The notes under the pieces: model-generated
Seen by the model: only the letters and a program-made list of their open reading frames with translations
Told to the model about the DNA's origin: nothing
Database searches by the model: none
NCBI GenBank assembly: GCA_016839765.1
Contig: JAEOTP010000049.1
Span: 1-57,176 of the forward strand
Source: Promethearchaeota archaeon
GTDB taxonomy: Archaea; Asgardarchaeota; Lokiarchaeia; Sigyniarchaeales; SOKP01
DNA: 57,176 bases
Reading direction: 5' to 3'
Position numbers and translations under genes: made by a program
Part shown: positions 8,770 to 18,719 of the stretch, piece after piece
Layout of the letters: each line of letters starts with the position of its first letter
Numbering within the stretch: position 1 is the first letter of the stretch

Positions 8770-8842
8770 GCCAGAGTCGCTTAGTCTGGTCGAGCGATAG
8801 CCTGCAGAGTTGTTAACGGGAGTTCAAATCTCCCCTCTGGCT
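8770..8842 (+). tRNA. tRNA-Cys(GCA), no intron, CCA not encoded
   Basis: Acceptor GCCAGAG/CTCTGGC, U73, anticodon loop CT-GCA-GA, T arm GGGAG-TTCAAAT-CTCCC. Confidence 0.95.
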
Positions 8843-8932
8843 CTTTATTCTACTATTTAAAAATCTAAGGATATGATTTAATAGCATAATTTTTTCAAAA
8901 GATTTATCAAAACTTCATAGTTATTTGAATAT

Positions 8933-9829
8933 ATGTCATTACAGAAAGTAACTGCAAAAAAGTTAATTGAGAAAAAGAATAAACGAGAAAAAATTATAAC
9001 TATAACATCATATGATTATTCCTTTGCTAAGATAGCGGATGAATCTGGTATGGATTTAATATTAGTTGGAGATTCACTAGCAATGGTGGTTTTGGGCTAT
9101 AAAAATACACTTTTAGTAACTATGGATGAGATGATTCATCATACAAAAGCAGTTAGTAAAGCAGTTACAAACGCTTTAGTTGTTGGAGATATGCCTTTTC
9201 TTTCTTACAAAGTGAATAAAACTGAAGCTGTAAAAAATGCGGGTAGGTTTATCCAAGAGGGAGGGGCAGAAGCTGTTAAAGTGGAAGGAGGTACAGAAAT
9301 ATGTCCAATAATAAGGTCAATGTTAGAAGCAGATATTCAAGTAATGGGACACATTGGTCTTACACCTCAATCAATATATCAGTTTGGGGGGTTTTTGGTT
9401 CAAGGGAAAACCTTTGATGCTGCAAAAAAATTGATTTTGGATGCCAGAAATCTAGAAAAAACAGGAGTGTTTTCTATTGTACTAGAAAGCATACCATGGC
9501 AATTAGCAAAACTAATAACAAGCGTAGTAAAAGTTCCTACAATTGGTATTGGCGCTGGCCCTTATTGTGATGGTCAAATATTAGTAATTCACGACATGCT
9601 AGGTATATTTACTGAAATTAAACCAAAATTTGTTAAATATTTTGGAAATATTGGAAAATCAATTAGAAAAGCATTAGAAACCTATAAAAGTGAAGTAAAC
9701 CAAAATATCTATCCTGATCAAGAACATTCTTATGAATTTCCTCAGGATGCTCTTAATGATATTAATAAGTGGTTTAATAGTGTAGATATAGATGAAGAAT
9801 CACAGAAATTAAAGAAGCACTTGTTTTAA
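8933..9829 (+). CDS. panB: 3-methyl-2-oxobutanoate hydroxymethyltransferase
   Basis: TSYD, LVGDSL, GDMPF, VKVEGG, GHIGLTPQ, IGIGAG, DGQILV. Confidence 0.98.
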   Translation: MSLQKVTAKKLIEKKNKREKIITITSYDYSFAKIADESGMDLILVGDSLAMVVLGYKNTLLVTMDEMIHHTKAVSKAVTNALVVGDMPFLSYKVNKTEAVKNAGRFIQEGGAEAVKVEGGTEICPIIRSMLEADIQVMGHIGLTPQSIYQFGGFLVQGKTFDAAKKLILDARNLEKTGVFSIVLESIPWQLAKLITSVVKVPTIGIGAGPYCDGQILVIHDMLGIFTEIKPKFVKYFGNIGKSIRKALETYKSEVNQNIYPDQEHSYEFPQDALNDINKWFNSVDIDEESQKLKKHLF

Positions 9830-9993
9830 ATTTTAAATTTCGAATTTTAAACTATATATTCTGCCTTAGACAAATAGCTCATCTTAAAAATTCTTATTAA
9901 CCAAAGATATAATTAAGAAAATTTATATTAATAATTATAATAGTAAGGATTTTCTTAAAAACTTATCTTAACAAAATTGATGGTAGAGCTGAA

Positions 9994-11766
9994 ATGGCTG
10001 AAGAATATGATTATCTTTTTAAATCAATTGTCGTAGGAGACGGAGGAGTTGGTAAGACAGCATTAACACTCCGATTTTCTAAAGGGTTCTTTACTGAGGA
10101 TTACAAAATGACAATAGGTGTTGATTTCCATGTTAAAACAATTGCTATAGATACTTTAGAAGAAACAATTAAATGTAAATTACAACTCTGGGATACTGGC
10201 GGACAAGAAAGGTTTAGTTCAATCAGGCCTATGTATTATAGAGGCTCTTTAGGAGCTGTTTTGGTATTTGATCTTACAAATTATGCCAGTTTTGAGCATC
10301 TTCCTCAATGGATTGAAGAGGTTCGTGCTAATATAAAATCCGAGATTCCCCTATTACTTGTAGGTAATAAAAGTGATTTAATCGATCAAAGAGCTGTTTT
10401 TATTGAGGAAATCAATAATTTTACAAGAGATTTCAATCTCTATTATATGGAAACCTCAGCAAAGACAGGTGATGGAGTAGGGGATTGTTTTTATATATTG
10501 GCTTGCCTCATGATTGGATCTGGAGTACCTGAACAGTTAATCAAAAATCAAACAGTCTTTAGTCCTGGACGAATTACTTTAGAGGTAAGTTCAGTATTAT
10601 TAAAAGATGTATCCCCTCCAGAGCCTGAAATTGACTATGCTGCACCACCTGTTCCAGAGCCTCACTCTATAAAATCACCTGAACCCTTAGCTACATTTGA
10701 ATCAGAACCAGAAATTGACTATGCTGCGCCACCTGTTCCAGAACCCCCTTCTATAAAACCACTTGAACCCTCAGCTACATTTGAATCAGAACCAGAAATT
10801 GACTATGCTGCGCCACCTGTTCCAGAACTACCTTCTGGAAAATCATTTGAACCCGCACCTAAGTATGAGTTAGAATCTGAGATAAAAACACCAGAGCTAA
10901 GTGAAATTGAATTTAAAACTCCCGAAGAAATCTTAGCGGAGAAATCTGATGGAATTCAACAAGTTTCGGCTTTTGATAAAATTCTTGAAACAACAGAACC
11001 GGATTCATACAAACCAAAAGTCGTCCCTTTTTCCGATGCTACCCCTACACCTGCTCCTCGACCAGAAGGATTTCCTTCTATTGAAGGATCAACAGCTCAA
11101 AAAAAGGAAACACATGCTATACCACCTTTTCGAGTTACTAAACAAGAAGAACCCCCAAAACCTAAACCAGCTTCGATGACTTTTGAACAAGCCCCTGAAA
11201 AAATTCCAATCACCTCAAAAGAAAGTCCCATTTTTCCATCATCATTACAACCATCCCAAAAATCGAGTAGTCAATATCTCGGCGATTATATGCCACAAAC
11301 TTTTTTATCAAAGAAAGAAAAGAAAGAAAAGAAAAAACTAAAGAAAGAACAGAAGAAAAAAGAAAAAGAGAAAAAACTACAAATTGAACGTGAGAAGCAA
11401 GAAAAATTAATAGTTGATATGAAAAAAAAGAAGAAAGAGAAGGAAGAAAAACCTCCAGAAATATCAGAAACCCCTTCATTATTTCAAACATTAACACAAA
11501 GGACTGAAGAAATTACTGAAGAAGCAAGTACCACTGTTCTTCCTTTTGTTGCAACAAAAAAAATTGAACCAGAGGAACGAACAAAATTAAGAATTATTCC
11601 AAATGTTGAGGATATTGAAGCTGAACCAAGTGGTTTTATGCAAATTACTCCACCTTCAAGTAAACAACAAAAAGAAACTTCGCAAGAATTATTAGTATGT
11701 AAGCAATGTGGCGCTACATTGTCAGGTGATTATGCTTATTGTAATAAATGTGGTGCTAAACTCTAA
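9994..11766 (+). CDS. Rab-like GTPase with long Pro/Glu-rich extension, Lys-rich segment and C-terminal zinc ribbon
   Basis: GDGGVGKT, TIGVDF, LWDTGGQERF, GNKSD, ETSAK; CKQC...CNKC at C-terminus. Confidence 0.93.
   Translation: MAEEYDYLFKSIVVGDGGVGKTALTLRFSKGFFTEDYKMTIGVDFHVKTIAIDTLEETIKCKLQLWDTGGQERFSSIRPMYYRGSLGAVLVFDLTNYASFEHLPQWIEEVRANIKSEIPLLLVGNKSDLIDQRAVFIEEINNFTRDFNLYYMETSAKTGDGVGDCFYILACLMIGSGVPEQLIKNQTVFSPGRITLEVSSVLLKDVSPPEPEIDYAAPPVPEPHSIKSPEPLATFESEPEIDYAAPPVPEPPSIKPLEPSATFESEPEIDYAAPPVPELPSGKSFEPAPKYELESEIKTPELSEIEFKTPEEILAEKSDGIQQVSAFDKILETTEPDSYKPKVVPFSDATPTPAPRPEGFPSIEGSTAQKKETHAIPPFRVTKQEEPPKPKPASMTFEQAPEKIPITSKESPIFPSSLQPSQKSSSQYLGDYMPQTFLSKKEKKEKKKLKKEQKKKEKEKKLQIEREKQEKLIVDMKKKKKEKEEKPPEISETPSLFQTLTQRTEEITEEASTTVLPFVATKKIEPEERTKLRIIPNVEDIEAEPSGFMQITPPSSKQQKETSQELLVCKQCGATLSGDYAYCNKCGAKL
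10621..10872 (+). repeat. Intragenic 84-bp (28-aa) tandem repeat, 3 copies
   Basis: EPEIDYAAPPVPE starts at 10621, 10705 and 10789. Confidence 0.95.
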
Positions 11767-11780
11767 TTTAGTTAATTTTA

Positions 11781-12617
11781 CTAAATTGGTTTTCCACAAA
11801 TCGGACAAGTACTCCACATTTTTTTAATTTTAGAGTTACAATAGGGACATATTTTTAATTCAGGGTCAATTTGAGTTTGCGGTTTTCCAAATATAGTAGT
11901 ACTATTCTCAATCTTATATTCGATTGGCTTTTTAGGAGGTTTAACCATTGAAATTTTACTATCTTTATCTGAAGTTTTTATAGGTTGATCCTTGATTTGA
12001 TGAGATTTTTGAGGAATCATTGTACTCTTTTCAAACATTTGTTTCGTTAATTTTCCAGTAGAATCAACTTTCTTTTCTGTAGTTAATTTATATTCTTGAT
12101 CTTTTTGCATAGCTTGGCGAATATGGGCTTTTTTCATCTTAATTTCTTCTTTAATTGGCTTCTTCTCAGTTTGTTCCAATGGGATGCCCACCTTATAGAC
12201 ATAATATTTCCCATCATTATTTTCAATTACGATTTCACCATTTATTAGTATAACTTCAATATAATAAATAATTAAAGAACCAATAGGTACCTCAACTATC
12301 TCAGCAATAAAATAATCAATTTGAATATCCATTTTCATTTGGTACCATGTTTTCCCATGATCAGCACTAAATATAAGTTTTACAGCATCTAATTTATTAT
12401 CAAAATCCTCTTCAGTGATTTTTACGACAATCTTTATTGTTTTCTTTTTTAGTTCTCCGGATTCTTCAAATTCTTCAATTTCTGCCTCATCCCATGCTAC
12501 ACCACATTTTGGACAGTTAGTAAACCAATTTGGATATTCAAAGTTACATTTACTACAAGTTTTCGTAAAATAACGAGATGTTTTTATTCCAATCTTTTTC
12601 TTTTTATCCTTCGCCAT
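11781..12617 (-). CDS. Protein with N- and C-terminal zinc ribbons and a central Ig-like/Asp-box domain
   Basis: CSKC..CPKC; FSADHGKTW; CPYC..CPIC. Confidence 0.75.
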   Translation of the reverse strand: MAKDKKKKIGIKTSRYFTKTCSKCNFEYPNWFTNCPKCGVAWDEAEIEEFEESGELKKKTIKIVVKITEEDFDNKLDAVKLIFSADHGKTWYQMKMDIQIDYFIAEIVEVPIGSLIIYYIEVILINGEIVIENNDGKYYVYKVGIPLEQTEKKPIKEEIKMKKAHIRQAMQKDQEYKLTTEKKVDSTGKLTKQMFEKSTMIPQKSHQIKDQPIKTSDKDSKISMVKPPKKPIEYKIENSTTIFGKPQTQIDPELKICPYCNSKIKKMWSTCPICGKPI

Positions 12618-12760
12618 TCTCTATTTCATTTTTAATGAGAAATTTAACCCTAATAAATAATTTAATTACTTTTTAGTTTATAAATATATTTCTGTACCAT
12701 ACTATTAAAATTCTTATTATATATTTGTTATTATAATTATTATTAAAATAGAAAAAATTA

Positions 12761-13375
12761 GTGAAACTAAAAATAAATTCTGAAGAAGTAAAAGCACTTT
12801 TAGCTGCACTTAATGATTTAATTGAAATTAAAGTTTTAATTCGCAAAGTTGCTCCAAATTATAATTTAGATGCTAATCTTAATAATGAATTAATACAATT
12901 ATTAGAAGCACTTCGATTAAAACTTCAGCCAATTTTTTCTAAATATTTAAATAGTAGATATTTTAAAAAAAATAGTATAAATCAAAAAGAAATTGAGCAA
13001 TATTTAATCGAATTAATTAAAAAGAAAAAATACATTATCGTTTCAGCAAGTAATTCAAAAAAAAAATTAAAAAATTTTGGAATAGATCCCCGAAGTATAG
13101 TTGCAACTGGTGGGCCTTTATTCGTTGAAAATTATAAGAAAGTAAATCTTAATTTAACTGATAATGCATTATTAGGTATAAAAAAAAAAAGTGAATACCT
13201 AATCAATCAGATTAAAAAGTTAGCAAAGAGTGAAAAAGAATTAATTTTTTTATATGAGAAAGATAATTTAACCGATCAAATAATATTGGAAGAGTTAGAC
13301 TTCTTGGAAAACACAAATGATATAAAAATAAAAAATTATAATATAAAATCTTGGAAAATTTTCGAAATTCAATGA
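12761..13375 (+). CDS. DUF2100-like conserved archaeal protein
   Basis: IVSASNSKKKLKNFGIDPRSIVATGGPL. Confidence 0.6.
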   Translation: MKLKINSEEVKALLAALNDLIEIKVLIRKVAPNYNLDANLNNELIQLLEALRLKLQPIFSKYLNSRYFKKNSINQKEIEQYLIELIKKKKYIIVSASNSKKKLKNFGIDPRSIVATGGPLFVENYKKVNLNLTDNALLGIKKKSEYLINQIKKLAKSEKELIFLYEKDNLTDQIILEELDFLENTNDIKIKNYNIKSWKIFEIQ

Positions 13376-13380
13376 AAACC

Positions 13381-14559
13381 TTAACTTATTCTCAATTTTT
13401 TCAAGATTAATTCCAAGTCATTTAAAAAATGAGATAAATGCTCTTTCTCTACATGAGGCATAATGACTACTCTAATAAGATTAAAATCTTCGAATTTTCC
13501 TAGCATCCAATTTTTATTACGTAATTCTTCATCTATTTTACAAATACTCTCTCCATTTTCAGTTGTAATTCCTACTATGTTCATAACTGGTATTGTTGCT
13601 AACTTGACTCCACTAATCTCAGAAATTCTTTTAACTAAATATCCTGTGTTATCCATACATTTTTTTATAATTTTTATAAAACCTTTTATTCCCAATGACT
13701 TAATTATAGCCCAAAAAGCAATTATTGTACCCCCTGGCCTAGTACCTACAATATGGAAATGTTTGAAATTTCCTCCCGCCAAATAAGGAATTTGAAAACC
13801 TATTTTTGTTAATATTGAAGCATCTCTTACCAAATAACCTCCAGAAGGAATTAAACCTAAACCCATTTTATGGGGATCTGCTGTAATAGAATCAACGGAT
13901 TCAACTGAAAAATCCCAAGAGGGAATGTTATAATTTAATCTCTTTAGAAATGGAAGTATGAAACCTCCAAAAGCAGCATCAACATGGAAAAAAATATCTT
14001 TATTTTTAGTAAATTCTCCGATGGCTTCAATAGGATCAATCAAACCTAATGAAGTTGTACCTGCAACTCCAACTACGCCACATGTATTATTATTAATTAA
14101 GGACTCATAATGGTCTAAATCTAGTGAGAAATCAGGCTTCAATCTTGCTTTTCGAACCTTAATATCTAGTAAATCAGCAGCTTTATCAAAAGAAATATGA
14201 GCTGAAATTGGAAGTACTACTTCAGGATTTTTAATATCTGGTCTTAGTTTTTTAGCAATTCTCATAGCAATTAGATTTGCCTCAGATCCTCCTGTAGTGA
14301 AAGTTCCAATAATATCTTTACACCCAAATAATTCACCAATTTCTTTTACCAATTCCTCTTCTAATTTTGCGGTCCCTAAAAATAACCCCGGATCTCCTAA
14401 ATTCTTAGATACAAATTTATTATATATTTCTTTACCAAAATCAAGAGGTTCTGTACACATCGAACCTAGAATGGATCCTGATTCATAAGTATAATCATTT
14501 TGCAATTTTTTTTCCAGTAATTTAAGTATTTCTTGCTTCCTAAGTCCTTCTTCTTGCAT
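13381..14559 (-). CDS. mfnA: PLP-dependent tyrosine/aspartate decarboxylase
   Basis: ILGSMCT, NLGDPGLF, GGSEAN, HVDAAFGG, DPHKMG. Confidence 0.93.
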   Translation of the reverse strand: MQEEGLRKQEILKLLEKKLQNDYTYESGSILGSMCTEPLDFGKEIYNKFVSKNLGDPGLFLGTAKLEEELVKEIGELFGCKDIIGTFTTGGSEANLIAMRIAKKLRPDIKNPEVVLPISAHISFDKAADLLDIKVRKARLKPDFSLDLDHYESLINNNTCGVVGVAGTTSLGLIDPIEAIGEFTKNKDIFFHVDAAFGGFILPFLKRLNYNIPSWDFSVESVDSITADPHKMGLGLIPSGGYLVRDASILTKIGFQIPYLAGGNFKHFHIVGTRPGGTIIAFWAIIKSLGIKGFIKIIKKCMDNTGYLVKRISEISGVKLATIPVMNIVGITTENGESICKIDEELRNKNWMLGKFEDFNLIRVVIMPHVEKEHLSHFLNDLELILKKLRIS

Positions 14560-14691
14560 TTTTTTCTTTGTTACTTATTTTTATGATTGTATCGTAAATA
14601 CCTATCATAGAGAAATATTTAATCAATTAAAATTTTATAAAAAATGCATTAATTTGTTATATAATTCCTCATAATTCATAATTATTTTTAA

Positions 14692-15015
14692 TTACAGAAA
14701 TCGTGTTGAATCCCTTTCTAAATATTTTATTAATACTTTATCGAATTCTCTATTTAAATCGATATTATAATAGTTTGCGATACAAATTAGAGAAAAAAGT
14801 AGATCAGCAAGTTCTTCTCCTAATTTCAATTGCCGCTCGTTTTGCTTTTTTGGTTTAAATCCTTCATAATAATTAATTTCTCTAGCTACTTCTCCTAATT
14901 CCTCCAAAGCTGCGCTTAACATAGCTAAAGGAGCCCAATATCCACCATGTTTAATAATCCACTCATCAACTTTTTGCTGAAGATCCTTTAGAGAATTAAT
15001 AACTGGCATATGCAT
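14692..15015 (-). CDS. MazG-like nucleotide pyrophosphohydrolase (YpjD type)
   Basis: GYW..LAML..LEELGEVAREIN; EELADLLF; YLERDSTRF. Confidence 0.92.
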   Translation of the reverse strand: MHMPVINSLKDLQQKVDEWIIKHGGYWAPLAMLSAALEELGEVAREINYYEGFKPKKQNERQLKLGEELADLLFSLICIANYYNIDLNREFDKVLIKYLERDSTRFL

Positions 15016-15107
15016 ATAATATCCTATTGATATTTAAAAATAGAAGAAATCACAGAAATTATAATTAAAGTCTAAGATGAATTGGATACAAATTAAAATT
15101 AAAAGAA

Positions 15108-15563
15108 CTATTTTCTATTTGAATATCTTTCATAATCCTCTCTCGTAGCCTTTCTGATACGACTTTTTGCTCCACATTGTTCACAGATATCACTAAAAAT
15201 ATCAACTAAGTTCTGACAATTATCGCAAAAGTATGGAAATGTTCTTGAAAGTATTTTTTTTCTATCTTTAACGCTATTTTTTCTTTTTTCAATATTAGAG
15301 ATTCCACGACAAACGAGAGGTAATCCAAAAATGAATCCCGCTGGCACACACATCCAAGTCATTTCATTAAGGCCATACATTATGCCTTGGAATATTTTTA
15401 TTAATGGTGCGAGGAAACCAAGCAGTATTATTATAACTCCTAGTATAATATATGCTTTGTTTTTCATATTTTTTTTAAGACTTAGTATGCTTGTATATAT
15501 TTCTATTAAATAAGGTGACTTTTTAACTTTTTTGTCAATTAATGTAAAGATAAATTTTTTCAT
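15108..15563 (-). CDS. Two-TM membrane protein with C-terminal zinc ribbon
   Basis: Two hydrophobic segments then CDNC...CEQC; true start probably MKNKAY. Confidence 0.7.
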   Translation of the reverse strand: MKKFIFTLIDKKVKKSPYLIEIYTSILSLKKNMKNKAYIILGVIIILLGFLAPLIKIFQGIMYGLNEMTWMCVPAGFIFGLPLVCRGISNIEKRKNSVKDRKKILSRTFPYFCDNCQNLVDIFSDICEQCGAKSRIRKATREDYERYSNRK

Positions 15564-15565
15564 AA

Positions 15566-15703
15566 ATCTTTAGAGAGAACACCTTTACCCGTGTTAAAGA
15601 GATTAAACCCATAATTGAAGGAGAAAATATTTATAATTTAGAAAGCTCAAAAAATGAGAGTTGCATTGTAGGTACTGGGCAAACATATATTAAAAATAAT
15701 TAA
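15566..15703 (+). pseudogene. Orphan intein/Hint C-terminal fragment (blocks F/G), no start codon
   Basis: IFRENTFTRVKEIKPIIEGENIYNLESSKNESCIVGTGQTYIKNN*. Confidence 0.5.
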
Positions 15704-15793
15704 GTAAAAGAATAGGATTAATTTACTGGGTTTTTAATTCCAATAAATAATGTAGATCATCTTTACCTTTCTCTATTTAAATTTTATAAAAAG

Positions 15794-17929
15794 TTAATTA
15801 ACTAAGTTATATCTTTTTCGTGCTTCCCATTCTGCTCTCTTTCCAAGGTTATACCTGTTAACAGCACTATAATAACCCGTAATTCTTGAATAAACTTTCA
15901 CGTCAGGAGAATTACAACGAGGGCAAGTAAACTTTCCGCCACGAAACATCTTTTTACAGTGAGGACAAAATGTAAAATCTATAGTATATGAAAAATAAGC
16001 AGTATTAGTGTTCAGGCAAATATTTTTTGTTAGCTCCCATAAGCCTTGAATATCAGGTTTTTGCTCTCCAAGCCAAATATGTGTTATCACTCCACCATTC
16101 ACAATTGGATGATAATCACCTTGTAGTTTAATCCGTTTAGATAATGGAATGTCAGCATCATATCGAATATGACTTGAATTGGTATAATAAGCGGAACTAC
16201 CAGAAGATTGAACTATAGCCTTTTTTGGAAAGTGTTTTAGATCTAAAATTGCTAAACGCCCAGCAGCCTGCTCACTAGGTTGCTCCCATAATGAATAAGA
16301 ATATCCATCTCTTTCTGTCATTGCATTACATTTTGCAACCATATAGCTTAAAATACTTTTTCCTAACGTATAAGCACTCTCACTTTCATGTAATTCTTCA
16401 TTAGTTAAACTCTTAATCGCTTCATTTAATCCAGTAAATCCAATAGAAACATTCTGGTCCTTTAATTTAAAAATTGATCTCTCATTAATTTTTCCACTAC
16501 AAAGTGGTAGATGCCCTGATTTTAATCTTCTTTCCATTAAATGCCATTTCTTTATTAAGATTCTGGAACATAATTCCATCTTTTCATCCAGTATCTTAAA
16601 ATAGTCATCCTCATCATTTGATAAATACGCATACCTAGGTAAATTAAGACTTACGCTCTGAAGTGAACCAATAGTTACATAATTTTCCCAGACATTAGAA
16701 TTTTTTCTTTCTTCTGGATCCAAAATGCATTTACTTATTATTTCATTACCACTTAGAAATTTTCTGCAACATTGGCTATGTATTTCATCGGGCATCCAAT
16801 CTGGACACATATTTAGGAAATACGGAGTTCCCATTTTTGCAGTTTCTTCCATAATTTTTAGATATGAAGGTTCAAACTCATTTATCCATTCCTTTTTAAT
16901 TTTTACTTCATGTTTTGGAAATGCAAACAACTTACCATTATGATCTCCTTGAATATATACATCTGTGAGGGTATCAAATAATTTTAAACACTCCTCTTTA
17001 TAATCTCCATATTTTCCAGCAGTTCTACCTTGAGGTCCTACAGCGGGTATACTCAATAATCCCTCTGGAATAGTTGGAGTGCAAGAGATTGAGGTAAATG
17101 GAACTTGGCCCCCCCTTGCTGCAAAAATTTGATTTGTTTCAAAAATTAGACACTGCATAGATTGTTCAATTTCCCTATTAGAAAGCCCTCTAGCATAAGG
17201 AGCTAAAAATGTAGTTATATAATCATAACCTTGCCCACCACTAAATTCACCTTGAATGATCCCTAACCATTTAGCTAGATGAGTTACTGCCACTCTTAGA
17301 CTTCCGGCAGGTCCTGATCTGCTACAATGTACCCAACTATCAACGGGGGGTAAGCCATGTTCAAGAATCATCCGAGGATCCCATTCCTGACAAAATGGCC
17401 TTAAATCAAAATATCTAAGCATGTGAACATGAATATCACCATATAAATGAGCATGAGCTTCTTCTGAATCTAAAATTCTTAATAAAGCATACTCATCAGA
17501 AATTCTATTTGCTGCCCAGTGATGAATGCTCTCTGGATTCATATCTTGATTAGCATTTTCATTAATACCTTTTTCTAAAATAGCTTCATAATCCATTAAT
17601 GGCATACCAATTCTGGTATATAGTTTGCGTTCTTCTTCAAAATGCTGTTCTGATAAAATAGAACATACTATTTCTCTAATATGTGGCCCTGAAAGAAATT
17701 TAATCCCTGAAGATATGATCCTCCGAACTACTAATTCTGTTATTTTATCAGCAAATTTCTTATCTATTCCTGTCTCTCTTATTAAGCTCTGTTCAATTTT
17801 AACAGGATTAAAGGATACAACATCGCCTTCAGTCCTAAAAACTCTAGGTAACAAGTTTTTTAAAATTCCACTAGATAATTTTTGAGCACTTTTTTCTTTA
17901 ATAGTTTGAGAATCTGGCACTAAAACCAT
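15794..17929 (-). CDS. nrdD: Anaerobic (class III) ribonucleoside-triphosphate reductase with ATP cone
   Basis: ATP cone N-terminus, AHLYGDIHVH, SGGQG, CCR finger loop, CPHC..CPRC, YSRITGYY glycyl-radical motif. Confidence 0.96.
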   Translation of the reverse strand: MVLVPDSQTIKEKSAQKLSSGILKNLLPRVFRTEGDVVSFNPVKIEQSLIRETGIDKKFADKITELVVRRIISSGIKFLSGPHIREIVCSILSEQHFEEERKLYTRIGMPLMDYEAILEKGINENANQDMNPESIHHWAANRISDEYALLRILDSEEAHAHLYGDIHVHMLRYFDLRPFCQEWDPRMILEHGLPPVDSWVHCSRSGPAGSLRVAVTHLAKWLGIIQGEFSGGQGYDYITTFLAPYARGLSNREIEQSMQCLIFETNQIFAARGGQVPFTSISCTPTIPEGLLSIPAVGPQGRTAGKYGDYKEECLKLFDTLTDVYIQGDHNGKLFAFPKHEVKIKKEWINEFEPSYLKIMEETAKMGTPYFLNMCPDWMPDEIHSQCCRKFLSGNEIISKCILDPEERKNSNVWENYVTIGSLQSVSLNLPRYAYLSNDEDDYFKILDEKMELCSRILIKKWHLMERRLKSGHLPLCSGKINERSIFKLKDQNVSIGFTGLNEAIKSLTNEELHESESAYTLGKSILSYMVAKCNAMTERDGYSYSLWEQPSEQAAGRLAILDLKHFPKKAIVQSSGSSAYYTNSSHIRYDADIPLSKRIKLQGDYHPIVNGGVITHIWLGEQKPDIQGLWELTKNICLNTNTAYFSYTIDFTFCPHCKKMFRGGKFTCPRCNSPDVKVYSRITGYYSAVNRYNLGKRAEWEARKRYNLVN

Positions 17930-18345
17930 AACAATCTATCACATTTTTCAAATTTTAATACTCTTATAGCCAAAAAAAGGCATAATATATGATTAATAAT
18001 CAAATAATTTTGTCGGCATCAATACTTGAGACAAAAGATTTATTAATTAATTATTAACGTTAATATTTTACCTCTTCTGATATAAAAATTTATTTATCTT
18101 TCCAATTTAAACTTAATTTATTAATCTAATATTTCAAATTTTCAATAGAGTCCTTTACAATTACGAAAAATCTCAATCCTTTTCTAACTAAATCGGGGAT
18201 AATATCTACTCTTTCAATAATAGCATCGAAAATAAAAAAATGTCGTCCTTGACGATTTTTTAATTTTTTATGAAATTTAAAAAGCAGTAATTATGAATAT
18301 ATTTAAATAAAAAAATATTCAAGTTTCTCAAAAAGAGGATTTTAA

Positions 18346-18675
18346 ATGAAAAATAAATTAGTTAGTAAGGATAATATTGAAGCTGTTAAAGCTTTAGATG
18401 GCGTCTACAGGAGAACTCTTAGTTATAGCGGTGATCTTATGTTATGTCATTTTTTTCTTCAGAAGGGTTCAGAGGTACCAATCCATTCTCATAAAGAACA
18501 TCAAATTGGATATATTATAAGAGGAAAATTAAAATTTTTTACAGAAAATAATAAGTTCATTGTGAAAGAAGGAGATAGTTATTTATTTGACTCTAATGAA
18601 AAGCATGGAGCTATTATCTTAGAAGATTCAGAGGTCATTGACGTTTTTAATCCGTCAAGAGATGATTATAAATGA
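18346..18675 (+). CDS. Cupin domain protein
   Basis: PIHSHKEHQIGY...H...DVFNPSRDDY. Confidence 0.92.
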   Translation: MKNKLVSKDNIEAVKALDGVYRRTLSYSGDLMLCHFFLQKGSEVPIHSHKEHQIGYIIRGKLKFFTENNKFIVKEGDSYLFDSNEKHGAIILEDSEVIDVFNPSRDDYK

Positions 18676-18719
18676 ATTTATTCAAAAAACCTAAATAATA
18701 ATAACAGAAAAAGTTTAAT

